The notes under the pieces were generated by a model, which saw only the letters and a program-made list of their open reading frames with translations, did no database searches and had not been told where the DNA came from. From Acidimicrobiia bacterium (GTDB lineage Bacteria > Actinomycetota > Acidimicrobiia > Acidimicrobiales > Poriferisodalaceae), in contig DUBN01000073.1 in assembly GCA_012960315.1 (NCBI GenBank), positions 5,174-69,173 on the forward strand: a DNA stretch of 64,000 bases, written 5' to 3'. Position 1 is the first letter of the stretch, and each line of letters opens with the position of its first letter. Positions 48,100 to 58,670 of the stretch are shown here, in pieces. Both the position numbers and the translations under genes were made by a program.

Positions 48100-49524
48100 T
48101 TACCACGTGTCAATCGTGTGCTTCTTTTTTGGTTGCCCTAAACGACGCTCGGCCGAGCTCGTGAAATGCCTCAAAAGGCGGGATAAACCGGACCGCGTCT
48201 CCGCCGGTTCAATGACATCATCAAAGGAATTAAAATTTCTCGTGGCAGCGAAAGGGTCGCTCTCGCCAAGGTGTGCTGTGGGCCAGGCAACTTGCCAAAG
48301 AGGCACCATATGTCCGGTGGGAGAGCCGGCCATGAGATGCCCACTAAACCCTCCTGCGTTTCTTAACTGAATCGATGCCATTGGTACCGTGCGCCGTTGT
48401 TGGGTTTGGAGTACTCGGGTGTGCCATCGACTAAGCCCTGGTTGTAGACCTGATTGGGTCTCGATAGCGGTGTATGGACTATCGATCAGAGAAACAATTG
48501 GGTATTCGTATGTGTTGCATAGCTCTACGAAACGACCGATTTTGGTAGCAGCTGCTTCAGTGATCACTCCGGCATCGATAGCGGGGTTATTGGCGAGTAT
48601 CCCAACCGTTCGTCCATTGATGCGCCCAAGCGCAGTAACGACGCTAGGTCCAAAGTTCGGACGGAGTTCCAAAATAGGTTCGTTGTCCACTAAGGCTTGA
48701 ATCACTGGATGGATGTCGTAAGACCCTGATTCCGGCACCAGATCGCCGATCCTGTCGGCCGATTCGCTTGGTCGCCCATTGGGTTGATCCCACAGAAAGT
48801 TGAGATATTGCTTTGCAGATTGAATTGCAGCGGGCTCATTGTCAACGAGGAGATCTATCCCGCCAGTTCGGTCGTGCATTTCGACTCCCGCGAGTTCTTG
48901 AGGAGTGAGAGTTAGACCAAGGGCAGCCTCAACCATCGGTGGGCCACCCATGCCGATGGCTGACCCGCGTGTTGCAATGACGACGTCAGAAAATCCGGCG
49001 AGGCTTGCGTGCCCAGCGAAAGACGGGCCGGACACGATAGCTACGGTTGGAACCCATCCAGATAATTCCGCCATTCCATCGAACAAAGTGAACCGCCCGA
49101 TCTGGCCGCTGAGTTCTAGGTGACCGAGACCTGTTCTCGGATGTCGTGCTCGACTTCCGCCCCCATCAACAAAGAACGCAACGGGCCAACGATGTTGGTG
49201 CGCAAGCGATATCAAATGCTCGAGTCGTGCAGCGCCGTACCCTCCACCGCGATCGGTGTAGTCGGTCGAGGAAGTGATAACTGGGTGGCCATCAATGGTC
49301 CCAACAAAATCCACTCCGCCACTTTCTGGGACCCACTCGCCATCGCTATCTCTGGCTGCGATGGAACCGAATTCCACCTCCGAGCCAGGATCGAGGAGAG
49401 TGGCAGTGCGCTCACGAGCCGTAAGGTGGCCCATGGAGCGGACTTTTTCCACGGCTAAAGGGCGCGAAGCGTCTAGTCGAAGGGCTTTGGCATCTCGAAG
49501 TTTCTTGATCAGGAAGTCCCGCAT
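48100..49524 (-). CDS. Divergent carboxyltransferase-domain protein (acyl-CoA carboxylase beta-type), paralogue B
   Basis: GHLTARERTATLLDPGSEVEFG, DYTDRGGGYG, FFVDGGGSRA and ILANNPAIDAGVI. 474 aa. Confidence 0.82.
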   Translation of the reverse strand: MRDFLIKKLRDAKALRLDASRPLAVEKVRSMGHLTARERTATLLDPGSEVEFGSIAARDSDGEWVPESGGVDFVGTIDGHPVITSSTDYTDRGGGYGAARLEHLISLAHQHRWPVAFFVDGGGSRARHPRTGLGHLELSGQIGRFTLFDGMAELSGWVPTVAIVSGPSFAGHASLAGFSDVVIATRGSAIGMGGPPMVEAALGLTLTPQELAGVEMHDRTGGIDLLVDNEPAAIQSAKQYLNFLWDQPNGRPSESADRIGDLVPESGSYDIHPVIQALVDNEPILELRPNFGPSVVTALGRINGRTVGILANNPAIDAGVITEAAATKIGRFVELCNTYEYPIVSLIDSPYTAIETQSGLQPGLSRWHTRVLQTQQRRTVPMASIQLRNAGGFSGHLMAGSPTGHMVPLWQVAWPTAHLGESDPFAATRNFNSFDDVIEPAETRSGLSRLLRHFTSSAERRLGQPKKKHTIDTW

Positions 49525-49530
49525 TGTTAG

Positions 49531-51003
49531 CTACCTGGTATCGATGTGGTGGAGTTTTTCGGGCGGCAGGACACGTTCTGATCGGCGAAGCATCGATGCG
49601 ATTAAGGGCCGCGTCTCTTCAGGCAAGATCACATCATCAAATGAGAAAGTGCGTCCCGCTCGAACTCCCGAAGCGACATCTCGCATTGCTTCTGCGTACT
49701 GATCTCGGATGGCTCTGGCTTCAACCGGGTCAGCGGCATCGCGAATTTCTTTTCGTTTTACCAAGGACGCAGCACCTTCAAGGCTCATACCCCCGCTCTC
49801 AACTGTTGGCCATGCGATACGTAGTTCCGGCATTTTCCGACTCGTCCCATAGCCTGACATTGCATAGGGACCCAATCCATACGCCTTCCTGATCTGAACG
49901 GTGTATAGCGCAACTGTCCGATGGTGGATCGCTGAGAGGGGACGAGCATGGTGGCGAGCAATGCCCTCCCGCTCGGCGTCCGGACCGACCATGTAGCCCG
50001 GATTGTCGACGAAGGAGATGAGCGGTAAGCCGTAGGCGTCGCACCATTCGACAAATCTGCTGGCTTTATCAGCAGCGGCGCTGTCTATCGCTCCAGCACG
50101 CGGGGAGAGCGGTTGATTGGCGAAGATCCCTACGGACCGTCCTTCTAAACGAGCAAAGACGGTGATCAAGGACTGCGCCCGCTGAGACCCAACTTCGAAA
50201 ACACTGTCCTTGTCAGCGAAAGCCTCAATGACCTTGCGCATGTCGTAGGCCCTTCGACGATTACTCGGAACGATTTGTCCGATCGTTGATGCAGAGGTGG
50301 AAGGTGAGAATTCCGGGGAGTCGTCATACCAGTACTCAAGGAACTGTTGGGTGGCAGTAACTGCCTGCGGGGTATCTTCGACGATGAGGTCAACGTCGCC
50401 TCGTTCCGCTGCCATCGCCGGAGATAGCTTGACTTGGGGCTCGATGAGGCTCCCAAAGTCGGAGTTATTCGTGGCGATAACAAGGTCACACAAAAAGGCA
50501 AGAGCGCTGTGACTGTCACGGGCCGATCCGACTACGAGGGCAACAGTCGGAGCCCAGCCAGACATTTCCGCTAACCCTTCTAGGACATCCCAGCGAGCCC
50601 GCGTGTAGTTCACAATTGGCGGTGCAGGACGCGGGTCGGATGGTCGCGATCCGTCACCCTCAATGAACAGAACCAGCGGCCAGCGGTTTGCCACGGCGAT
50701 CGTTATGAGTTTCGCCAGCTTGCGCATGTTGCGGTCGCTGTGGGTGCCGTCTTCAACTGACCTGTCGTGCGCTGCGACGACGGCCGGTTGCCCACCAATA
50801 TCACACACCCCGCCGACCAGCCCGTCCGATGGACCGTCATCGTCGACTGATGTTGTGCGCCCGGCGAGTAAGCCGTACTCAGTAAAGGATTCTGAGTCGG
50901 CTAGAAGCTCAATGGCTTTGCGAGCACTGGGGCACCCTGCCAGGGCGCGGGCTCTGGCGGCGATGATTTGTTGTCGCGGGTCAATGTCAGCTGCGTCGGT
51001 CAC
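49531..51003 (-). CDS. Divergent carboxyltransferase-domain protein (acyl-CoA carboxylase beta-type), paralogue A
   Basis: VAAHDRSVEDGTHSDRNMRKL, LFIEGDGSRP, IFANQPLSPRAGAIDS and VDNPGYMVGPDAEREG. 490 aa. GTG 51003 lies 5 nt after the icd stop. Confidence 0.82.
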   Translation of the reverse strand: MTDAADIDPRQQIIAARARALAGCPSARKAIELLADSESFTEYGLLAGRTTSVDDDGPSDGLVGGVCDIGGQPAVVAAHDRSVEDGTHSDRNMRKLAKLITIAVANRWPLVLFIEGDGSRPSDPRPAPPIVNYTRARWDVLEGLAEMSGWAPTVALVVGSARDSHSALAFLCDLVIATNNSDFGSLIEPQVKLSPAMAAERGDVDLIVEDTPQAVTATQQFLEYWYDDSPEFSPSTSASTIGQIVPSNRRRAYDMRKVIEAFADKDSVFEVGSQRAQSLITVFARLEGRSVGIFANQPLSPRAGAIDSAAADKASRFVEWCDAYGLPLISFVDNPGYMVGPDAEREGIARHHARPLSAIHHRTVALYTVQIRKAYGLGPYAMSGYGTSRKMPELRIAWPTVESGGMSLEGAASLVKRKEIRDAADPVEARAIRDQYAEAMRDVASGVRAGRTFSFDDVILPEETRPLIASMLRRSERVLPPEKLHHIDTR

Positions 51004-51008
51004 CGAAG

Positions 51009-53228
51009 TCAGGAAGCAAATTGATCGATAATTGAGTTAAAGGCTTCGCTCGGACGCATGGCTTTCGAAGCCATCACAGAATCGGGGAAGTAGTAACCAC
51101 CTATATCCATGGGTACACCTTGACAGTCGATTAGGTCTTGCACAATGGTCGCTTCGGCTTTAGCTAACGCAACTGCCAGCGGTACAAACAGGGATGCCAG
51201 TTCGCTATCTTCATCCTGGTTCGCCATCGCTTCAGCCCACCATAAGGCGATGTAGAAATGGCTTCCCCGGTTGTCAAGCTCTCCTACTTTTCGGCTCGGT
51301 GATTTACCTTCGTCAAGAAGGCGACTGGTGGCTTGATCGAGAGCGCTTCCCAGCAACGAGGCTGTGGGATTGTTAGTTGAAGAACCCAAGTGTTCAAACG
51401 AGACCGCTAGCGCGAGGAATTCTCCGAGGCTGTCCCACCGCAAATGATTTTCGGCTTCGAACTGTTGGACATGTTTGGGGGCTGAACCGCCAGCTCCAGT
51501 CTCGAAAAGTCCACCACCATTCATGAGGGGAACGATTGAGAGCATCTTCGCTGAAGTTCCGACCTCCAGGATTGGGAAAAGATCTGTGTTGTAGTCACGC
51601 AACACGTTCCCTGTAACGGAAATCGTGTCTTCGCCGCGCCGTATGCGTTGCAGCGAAAGTCGCGTAGCGTCTACCGGCGACAAAATTTTGATCTCAAGTC
51701 CATCTGTTTCGTGTTCGCCTAAATATTGTTCGACTTTTCGAATGAGTTGAGCATCGTGGGCTCGATCACCATCGAGCCAGAAAACCACGGGTGCACCCGT
51801 AGCGTGCCCTCGAGCAACGGCAAGCTTGACCCAGTCTCTGATGGGTTCGTCTTTGACTGAACACATACGCCAAATATCGCCCGCTTCAACGTGGTGTTCT
51901 AACAGCACGGTGTCGTCTGCTTGGATTACACGAATGGTTCCCGTTTCGGCCAATTCAAAGGTTTTGTCGTGACTTCCGTATTCCTCAGCTTTTTGGGCCA
52001 TAAGGCCGACATTTGGCACTGAGCCCATGGTCGTCGGATCATATGCGCCATGCTCAATGCAGTCTTCGATCACTGCCTGGTAGATGCCTGCATAGCTGCT
52101 GTCGGGGATGACTGCCTTTGTGTCTTGTGGGGAACCTGCGGAGTTCCACATCTGCCCCGAGGTGCGCAGCATGGCGGGCATGGATGCATCGACAATGACG
52201 TCGCTAGGCACGTGAAGATTTGTTATTCCTTTATCTGAGTCGACCATTGCTAGCGCCGGCCCCGATTCGTAGGCGGCTGCAATGTCGGCTTCAATATTTT
52301 CGCGATCTTCGGCTGGAAGTTCCTGTATTGCTTCCAACAAGTCGCCCAATCCGTTGTTGACGTTTACGCCGATGCTTTCGAAAACGTCGCCGTGGTTTGT
52401 GAAGACATCAGCGAAATAGGCACGTACCCCGTGGCCGAAGATGATCGGATCGGAAACCTTCATCATCGTGGCTTTGAGGTGGAGTGAGAACAGTACGTTC
52501 TGTTGTTTACTATCTCGAATCTGCTCGTCCAGGAAAGTCCTCAAATGTTTGGCCGACATAAATGTTGCATCAACGATCTCTCCAGCGATGACAGCGACTT
52601 CTTTGAGGACAGTAAGTTGCCCTGCTTCGCTCTGGTGTTCGATTCGAAGCGTTGAGTCCGACTGAATAGTCGTCGACAACTCGTTCGACCGAAAGTCATG
52701 TTCGTCCATCGTCGCCACGTGCGTTGCTGAGTCAGGAGACCACACACCCATAGGGTGAGGAAACTTTCGAGCGAAGTCTTTGACTGCTCGAGGTGCGCGC
52801 CGGTCGGAGTTACCTTCACGCAAGACCGGGTTTACCGCCGAACCTTGGATTCGGTCATATCGCCGGCGGGTCTCCTCTTCCTCTGAAGTGGAGGGATCTG
52901 CTGGATAATCGGGAACGCGGTAGCCAGCAGCCTGCAATTCAACGATTGTTGCCTGCAGTTGTGGCAGCGAGGCGGAGATGTTGGGAAGTTTGATGATGTT
53001 CGCATCCGCTGAGTGAGTCATTGCTCCCATCTCAGCCAACGCGTCGTCGAGACGTTGTTCTTCATCGAGAAGCTCAGGGAACGACGCAATCATCCGGCCG
53101 GCAAGAGAAATGTCTCGAGTTTCGATAGCAACACCGGCGGCCCTGGCAAATGCCTGAATTATTGGCAAAAAGGAATAGGTTGCCAGCGCTGGTGCCTCAT
53201 CGGTATGCGTATAAATGATCTTGGACAT
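51009..53228 (-). CDS. icd: Monomeric NADP-dependent isocitrate dehydrogenase (~740 aa type)
   Basis: [28 protein letters not shown] terminus and 739-aa length are characteristic of monomeric IDH. GGAG lies 5 nt upstream of ATG 53228. Confidence 0.95.
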   Translation of the reverse strand: MSKIIYTHTDEAPALATYSFLPIIQAFARAAGVAIETRDISLAGRMIASFPELLDEEQRLDDALAEMGAMTHSADANIIKLPNISASLPQLQATIVELQAAGYRVPDYPADPSTSEEEETRRRYDRIQGSAVNPVLREGNSDRRAPRAVKDFARKFPHPMGVWSPDSATHVATMDEHDFRSNELSTTIQSDSTLRIEHQSEAGQLTVLKEVAVIAGEIVDATFMSAKHLRTFLDEQIRDSKQQNVLFSLHLKATMMKVSDPIIFGHGVRAYFADVFTNHGDVFESIGVNVNNGLGDLLEAIQELPAEDRENIEADIAAAYESGPALAMVDSDKGITNLHVPSDVIVDASMPAMLRTSGQMWNSAGSPQDTKAVIPDSSYAGIYQAVIEDCIEHGAYDPTTMGSVPNVGLMAQKAEEYGSHDKTFELAETGTIRVIQADDTVLLEHHVEAGDIWRMCSVKDEPIRDWVKLAVARGHATGAPVVFWLDGDRAHDAQLIRKVEQYLGEHETDGLEIKILSPVDATRLSLQRIRRGEDTISVTGNVLRDYNTDLFPILEVGTSAKMLSIVPLMNGGGLFETGAGGSAPKHVQQFEAENHLRWDSLGEFLALAVSFEHLGSSTNNPTASLLGSALDQATSRLLDEGKSPSRKVGELDNRGSHFYIALWWAEAMANQDEDSELASLFVPLAVALAKAEATIVQDLIDCQGVPMDIGGYYFPDSVMASKAMRPSEAFNSIIDQFAS

Positions 53229-53357
53229 TCCACTCCACTGGGCGCGTTATCGGACGGTCTAACGGTACATCCTCGCGGTGGGTGCACATCGGGTCACTCG
53301 CCGGTTCTTAGTGGCTATCGTCTGCTTCAGATCGTTGTGCCTAAGAAGTGAGGCGGG

Positions 53358-54839
53358 TCAACTAGTCCCATGTGTTCCGGCGCTTTTGCCCGCCAATCTG
53401 CCAAATACGGCACCGGCCATCAAACCGGTGCCTCCTGGGTAGTTACCGTAGAACAAGCCGCCCACCAGTTCGCCCGCAGCGTGCAGTCCCGGAATTGCAT
53501 CAAGGTCGGTATCCAAGACCTGACCCTTTTGGTTGATTCTGAGCCCGCCGAAGGTGAAGGTGAGTCCACAAGTCACGTTAAAGGCCTGAAATGGAGGTTC
53601 ATCAACCGTGTTTGCCCAGTTAGATTTGTTGATCTCAAGGCCGACTGTTGAACGGTTGTCTTTTACGTTGGGGTCAAAATCAATGGCCGTGTTTACCGAT
53701 GCGTTGTAGTCCCTGATGGTCGCGATCGCTGCATTTGTATCAACGCCCTCCATGCGGGCGCACAGTTCCTCGATTGAATCTGCTTGAACCTTCGTTACTT
53801 GCTTGATCCGGTATTCATCTCGGAGCAGATGGTCAACCTTTGAATCAAAGATTTGCCACGCAGAATGTTGTGGCTGGGCCAGAATTTCGCGGCCATATTT
53901 TGCGTAGGTGTAGTTCCTAAAGTCGGCTCCTTCGTCCACGAATCGTTCGCCGTTATTGTTGAGCACGATTCCAAAGGGATAGCTGTGCTTTTGAAAGGCA
54001 TCACCAACCGCCAGGTCACCGAACTCTGGCGCGTTGTATTCCCAAGCAACAGCATGGGCACCACTCCAGTTCCCATATGGCATCGCCCCGATGTCGAGCG
54101 CCATGCGTATGCCATCGCCGGTGTTGAATCGCGTGCCGCGGACTTTTGCTAGATCCCACCCGGGACCCAAATATTTGGTGCGCCATTCGGTGTTGGCTTG
54201 AAAACCACCGGCAGCTAACACAACACATTTCGCAGGAATGTCCACCATGTTGCCGGATTGGCGGGCACGGACCCCGGTAACTGACTGTCCATCAAACAGC
54301 AGGCTTTTGGCCGCGGTGTCGTACCGTATTTCCACGGCGTTGTGTTCTAAAGCACCGTGCAGGGCGTCGACAAGTCCTTCGCCACCACCCCAAGTTTCGA
54401 CGGTAAGTCCACCCCAGAATTTGAATTGCCCGTCGACTTGGAACGCTTGCCGACCCCAGATGGGAGCGAATCGAACCCCATGGTCGCGCATCCACATCAC
54501 CGTCGGTTTACTTTCGGACACAAGCAAGCTCGCCATCTCGGGGTCGGTCCGGTAGTCAGTGACGCGACCCATATCGTCATAAAACTGTTCTTCGGTATAA
54601 GTCCCAAAGTCAGTACGGCTGACTTCGCTTTCAGTTAGGTCAGGCATTAGCGCTACTAAGTCATCGACACCTTCATATGCGAAGCGGATAGCTCCGGCCG
54701 TAAAACGACTATTGCCGCCAGATTCGTGACGTCGAGCCCGCTCGAGGACAAGAACCCGGGCACCTTCCTCGGCCGCTGCTAGAGCGGCACAACAGGCGGC
54801 GTTGCCGGCACCGACAACCACGACGTCAAAGTCGTTCAA
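53358..54839 (-). CDS. FAD-binding dehydrogenase, TcuA / fumarate-reductase-flavoprotein-like
   Basis: DVVVVGAGNAACCAALAAAEEGARVLVLE...GGNSRFTAG, and C-terminal GLHAAGELVGGLFYGNYPGGTGL. Confidence 0.8.
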   Translation of the reverse strand: MNDFDVVVVGAGNAACCAALAAAEEGARVLVLERARRHESGGNSRFTAGAIRFAYEGVDDLVALMPDLTESEVSRTDFGTYTEEQFYDDMGRVTDYRTDPEMASLLVSESKPTVMWMRDHGVRFAPIWGRQAFQVDGQFKFWGGLTVETWGGGEGLVDALHGALEHNAVEIRYDTAAKSLLFDGQSVTGVRARQSGNMVDIPAKCVVLAAGGFQANTEWRTKYLGPGWDLAKVRGTRFNTGDGIRMALDIGAMPYGNWSGAHAVAWEYNAPEFGDLAVGDAFQKHSYPFGIVLNNNGERFVDEGADFRNYTYAKYGREILAQPQHSAWQIFDSKVDHLLRDEYRIKQVTKVQADSIEELCARMEGVDTNAAIATIRDYNASVNTAIDFDPNVKDNRSTVGLEINKSNWANTVDEPPFQAFNVTCGLTFTFGGLRINQKGQVLDTDLDAIPGLHAAGELVGGLFYGNYPGGTGLMAGAVFGRLAGKSAGTHGTS

Positions 54840-54863
54840 CAGACACTCCTTACGGGTTGTTAC

Positions 54864-55265
54864 TCAGCCGACGACCGTGGGGTCGCCCACCCTTGATCGC
54901 ACAAGCCATTGAAACACGTTGTATCCGTGATTCTCGGTTCCCACTGAACGGTGTACCGCGTCGGCGGCTTCAGAGCTAATTATCCGGCCGTTTGGAACCT
55001 TCACACAAACTTCGGCGGCGCGTTCTGCATTCAAATAAAACCCGATTGCCGAAGCGACTGTCGTGCCAACGGTTAACAAACCGTGATTGGCGAGTACAAC
55101 GAGTCTTCCGAGGCCGAGTGCATCAGCGATTCGTTGCCCAGTTGCTAAATCGGTGGCGCCGACTTCCCGTTTACGTTGAAGGCGGTCGGTTTGAGGGTCG
55201 GAGGGCGGTACGGGCTCGGAGTTGAGGGCGAAACCACGGTGTTGTCGGTTACGGGTAACAGTCAT
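54864..55265 (-). pseudogene. C-terminal half of a class II aldolase/adducin-family gene (N-terminal ~100 aa missing): truncated remnant or unusually short ORF
   Basis: GQRIADALGLGRLVVLANHGLLTVGTTVASAIGFYLNAERAAEV aligns with the second half of FucA-type aldolases. The metal-binding His region is absent. The upstream space is occupied by the intact 3' end of the ACAD-like gene (stop at 55297). Confidence 0.5.
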
Positions 55266-55296
55266 TGACGGCTCCGGGGTCGAACTCAGAAGACCT

Positions 55297-56469
55297 TTAT
55301 AGCCCAAGAGCGTCGTTCTCTATATCACTCATTACGCGACCAGCTAATTCCATAACGGGTTCGGCGACCATCATGTGCTGTGATGCGACATGAACATCTC
55401 GAAAGTGTCGTTGTAATGGCGACTCTTCGTATACGGATGTGCCACCTGCTGCCGTGTACATCCGATCGACGACATTGATTGAAGTGGAGACCGCGTGAAC
55501 AGTCGACGTTCGCAACAGTCGACGAGTCTCGAGCCCACCTATCTGCTGCTGTGCCTCGTCCCATGCGGTTTGAATATCGGCGTAGAAGCTAGATCTAGCG
55601 GCACGAAGTGAAGCATCAGCAACTGCGACTTCTCGGTGGAAGGCGGGTCGCGCTGAGAGCGTGCGCCCCGATCCCGTGGGTGTCTTGGCTTTAGCGACTA
55701 TCAGAGCCTCGTCGATGGAGCCTCGCGCCATGCCTAAGGCAATGGCGCCAATCGGTAACGCGAGATACCCGAAACGAGGAAACCGATAGATGGGCAACCC
55801 GGACAGAGGTGAGGCCCGCAGGGCGTCGACCGTAGCTACTCGGTAGTCGTCCAGCTCGACGTCGTGAGCAGTGTAGGCATTCGATCCGGACCCGCGGAGG
55901 CCACTGGTGTTCCAGTTGTCCAAGATGTTGATCTCTCCTGGTCGAAAAAACGCGCGAGCCTCTGTCGGTCGGTCATGCCGGTCGGGAATAGGCACGCCTT
56001 CGACATCACACAAGATCACTCCGCCAGAAATCCATTCCGCATTTCGGCAGCCGGAACCCCAATCCCAGCGACCATTGATCTTCCAAGTAGATGATGTGCC
56101 AAGAGAAAGCTGGCTGGCGGTCCCGGAGTAGGCAAAGACGCCGCTCGTGATGACATTGGGGTTATCTAACAATTGTTGAAGTAGCTGCGACGATGCTGCC
56201 GGAAACATGTATTGAGATGTTGCTCCTATGAAAACGCACCAGGCCGTGGATCCGTTCCCCATGGCAAGAATTTCGCATACCTCGGCAAGGAGTCTGGGTG
56301 GAGCGCCGATACCGCCAAGTTCTGTCGGGGTGCACAGTCGATAAAACCCGTCCGCGGCGAGACGGTCGGCTATGTCTTGAGGAAGCGCTCGGTTCGCGTC
56401 GATCTCAACTCCGCGTGCGTGCAACTCATCGAGATACCCGCTGGCTACTTCACAAAAGTCGATGCCCAT
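55297..56469 (-). CDS. Acyl-CoA dehydrogenase-fold flavoprotein (ACAD type 2 / flavin monooxygenase-like)
   Basis: GGIGAPPRLLAEVCEILAMGNGSTAWCVFIGATS, WDWGSGC and the C-terminal RHFRDVHVASQH. Confidence 0.82.
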   Translation of the reverse strand: MGIDFCEVASGYLDELHARGVEIDANRALPQDIADRLAADGFYRLCTPTELGGIGAPPRLLAEVCEILAMGNGSTAWCVFIGATSQYMFPAASSQLLQQLLDNPNVITSGVFAYSGTASQLSLGTSSTWKINGRWDWGSGCRNAEWISGGVILCDVEGVPIPDRHDRPTEARAFFRPGEINILDNWNTSGLRGSGSNAYTAHDVELDDYRVATVDALRASPLSGLPIYRFPRFGYLALPIGAIALGMARGSIDEALIVAKAKTPTGSGRTLSARPAFHREVAVADASLRAARSSFYADIQTAWDEAQQQIGGLETRRLLRTSTVHAVSTSINVVDRMYTAAGGTSVYEESPLQRHFRDVHVASQHMMVAEPVMELAGRVMSDIENDALGL

Positions 56470-56478
56470 CAGCCATTG

Positions 56479-58554
56479 TCAGTTCGCGTACGTGCTTAGA
56501 GAACCGCCGTCTGACACCTGATTTTGGATCAACGGAGAAATTTCCCAATGATCGCCACCGAGAGTAGAAGCGTAATGTTGGATTCGTTCTGCTACTTCTT
56601 GAAGGCCAATCGTGTCCGCCCAAAACATTGGTCCACCTGTGTACATCGGCCACCCATAACCGTTGATCCAAACGACGTCGACATCACTGCCTCGAATCGC
56701 TATACCTTCATCCAAAATCTTGGCGCCCTCGTTGACCATTGGGTAAAGGCACCGCTCCAGTATTTCCTGGTCTGTTATCTCGCGTCGGACGATCCCTTGG
56801 CGCTCTGCGAAGGCCTGAATCATTTCTTCTACTTCGCTATCTGGTGTAGCTGCACGCGTTTTAGGGTCGTAGTTGTAATAGCCGCTACCGTTCTTTTGGC
56901 CACGCCGGCCGCTTTCGCAGAGGAGTTCGCGTACGGTTGAGCCAGACGATGTGGCTGCGTCCCATCCAATGTCGAGACCGGCAAGGTCGCTCATTGCGAA
57001 CGGTCCCATCGGAAACCCGAAATCAAACAGGATCTGATCTATTCGCGATGGAGGAGCGCCTTCTAGGATCATTTTTTCCGCTTCGATACCTCGCATGAAC
57101 AGCATGCGGTTGCCTACGAAGCCGTGACAGACTCCGCACAACACAGGAGTCTTGCCAATCGATCGGCCTATCCCCATCGCAGTGGCTATCGCAGTGTTGG
57201 ATGTCGCGTCTCCGCGTACAACCTCGAGCATCTTCATCACGTTTGCGGGGGAGAAGAAATGCATGCCGATTACAGCGTCGGGACGACTTGTCGCCGACGC
57301 AATTTCATTTATGTCTAGAGCTGAAGTGTTTGAGGCCAGCACGGCCCCGTCTTTGCAGATCCCATCTAGCTGTTCGAAAATTTCTTTTTTTAAAGCCATA
57401 TTTTCGAAAACAGCTTCGATGATGAGATCACAATCGGCGAAGTCTCCCATGTCTGTCGAACCAGAAATTAAGCCCATACGAGTTTCAACGTCGTCGCTTG
57501 AGATGCCACCCCTAGCTGCCGTCCGTTCATAGTTGGAACGAACCACTCCGAGACCACGTTGCAGCGCTTCGTCATCTCTTTCGACGATTGTGACCGGTAT
57601 CCCTGAGTTCGCGAAGTTCATGGCAATGCCCCCGCCCATGGTGCCTGCGCCTAGTACACCGCATCGGCTGACTTCAACCGTAGGAGTGTCCTTTGGTAAG
57701 CCAGGAATCTTGAGAGCAGCTCGTTCCGCAAAAAAATAGTACTGCTGGGCTTTCGATTGCGTTCCTTTCATAAGGTCGCGAAACAGTTCCTGTTCTCGTT
57801 TGAGCCCTGCCTCGAAATCGAGTTCCACTGCTGCCTCTATGCAACGAATGTTGTATTCGGGAGCCAGAAAACCGCGAGTTCGCCGAGCGATACTTGTACG
57901 AAAATCGTGGAACAAAGATTCCGGTGTATTCGCGACCTTGTCGTTTCTATCTCGAATCCGTAGCAGCGGCATTTGTTCGGTTACTGCCCGCCGAGCGAAA
58001 GCGACGGCACCGTTTTCTAGGTCCTCGACCAGTTCGTCGATAAGTCCGCACTGGAACGCCTCCTGGGCGTCAATGGGCTCACCGCTTGTCATCATCTCTA
58101 AGGCCTTGGCGGCACCAGTAATTCGAGGAAGTCGCTGAGTGCCTCCCGCACCGGGCAGCAAGCCAAGTTTCACTTCGGGTAAACCGTATTTGCTGCCTGC
58201 AACTCCAACTCTGTAGTGAGCGCAGAGTGCGACTTCAAGGCCACCGCCAAGAGCAGTGCCATGTACCGCGGCGATTATTGGTTTTGAGCAGTTCTCCATA
58301 GCGTCTTGTACCGACTGGAGATCTGGAGGTTGAGGCGGTCCTGAAAACTCCGTTATGTCGGCTCCCGCAATGAAAGTGCGCCCGTCGCAGATAACCACAA
58401 TCGATTTGGCGTCACTGGATTCAGCTTGAGTAACGCCGTCGAGTAAGCCCTGGCGGACATGTTGACTGAGGGCGTTGACTGGTGGATTGTCGATTCGAAT
58501 CAGAGCGACGTCGTCATCGAATTCCAATCGGACTGATTGAGTGAGTTGCGTCAT
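56479..58554 (-). CDS. Bifunctional enoyl-CoA hydratase / 3-hydroxyacyl-CoA dehydrogenase (FadB/FadJ-like)
   Basis: ATG 58554 (MTQLTQSVRLEFDDDVALIRIDNPPVNAL). Crotonase block FIAGADITEF...HGTALGGGLEVAL, then NAD Rossmann VLGAGTMGGGIA and the HACD domain. The track's 840-aa version adds 149 unlikely residues. Confidence 0.92.
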   Translation of the reverse strand: MTQLTQSVRLEFDDDVALIRIDNPPVNALSQHVRQGLLDGVTQAESSDAKSIVVICDGRTFIAGADITEFSGPPQPPDLQSVQDAMENCSKPIIAAVHGTALGGGLEVALCAHYRVGVAGSKYGLPEVKLGLLPGAGGTQRLPRITGAAKALEMMTSGEPIDAQEAFQCGLIDELVEDLENGAVAFARRAVTEQMPLLRIRDRNDKVANTPESLFHDFRTSIARRTRGFLAPEYNIRCIEAAVELDFEAGLKREQELFRDLMKGTQSKAQQYYFFAERAALKIPGLPKDTPTVEVSRCGVLGAGTMGGGIAMNFANSGIPVTIVERDDEALQRGLGVVRSNYERTAARGGISSDDVETRMGLISGSTDMGDFADCDLIIEAVFENMALKKEIFEQLDGICKDGAVLASNTSALDINEIASATSRPDAVIGMHFFSPANVMKMLEVVRGDATSNTAIATAMGIGRSIGKTPVLCGVCHGFVGNRMLFMRGIEAEKMILEGAPPSRIDQILFDFGFPMGPFAMSDLAGLDIGWDAATSSGSTVRELLCESGRRGQKNGSGYYNYDPKTRAATPDSEVEEMIQAFAERQGIVRREITDQEILERCLYPMVNEGAKILDEGIAIRGSDVDVVWINGYGWPMYTGGPMFWADTIGLQEVAERIQHYASTLGGDHWEISPLIQNQVSDGGSLSTYAN

Positions 58555-58670
58555 ACGCACAAAGTAGGTGACGGAACGACCTAAAGTCCCGCTGAGATGA
58601 ATAGTGACATCGCAATCTTTTCGGCTGTGACACGCGTTGGAGTAGAGTCTCGCCTTCGAAGGGAGTTGTC

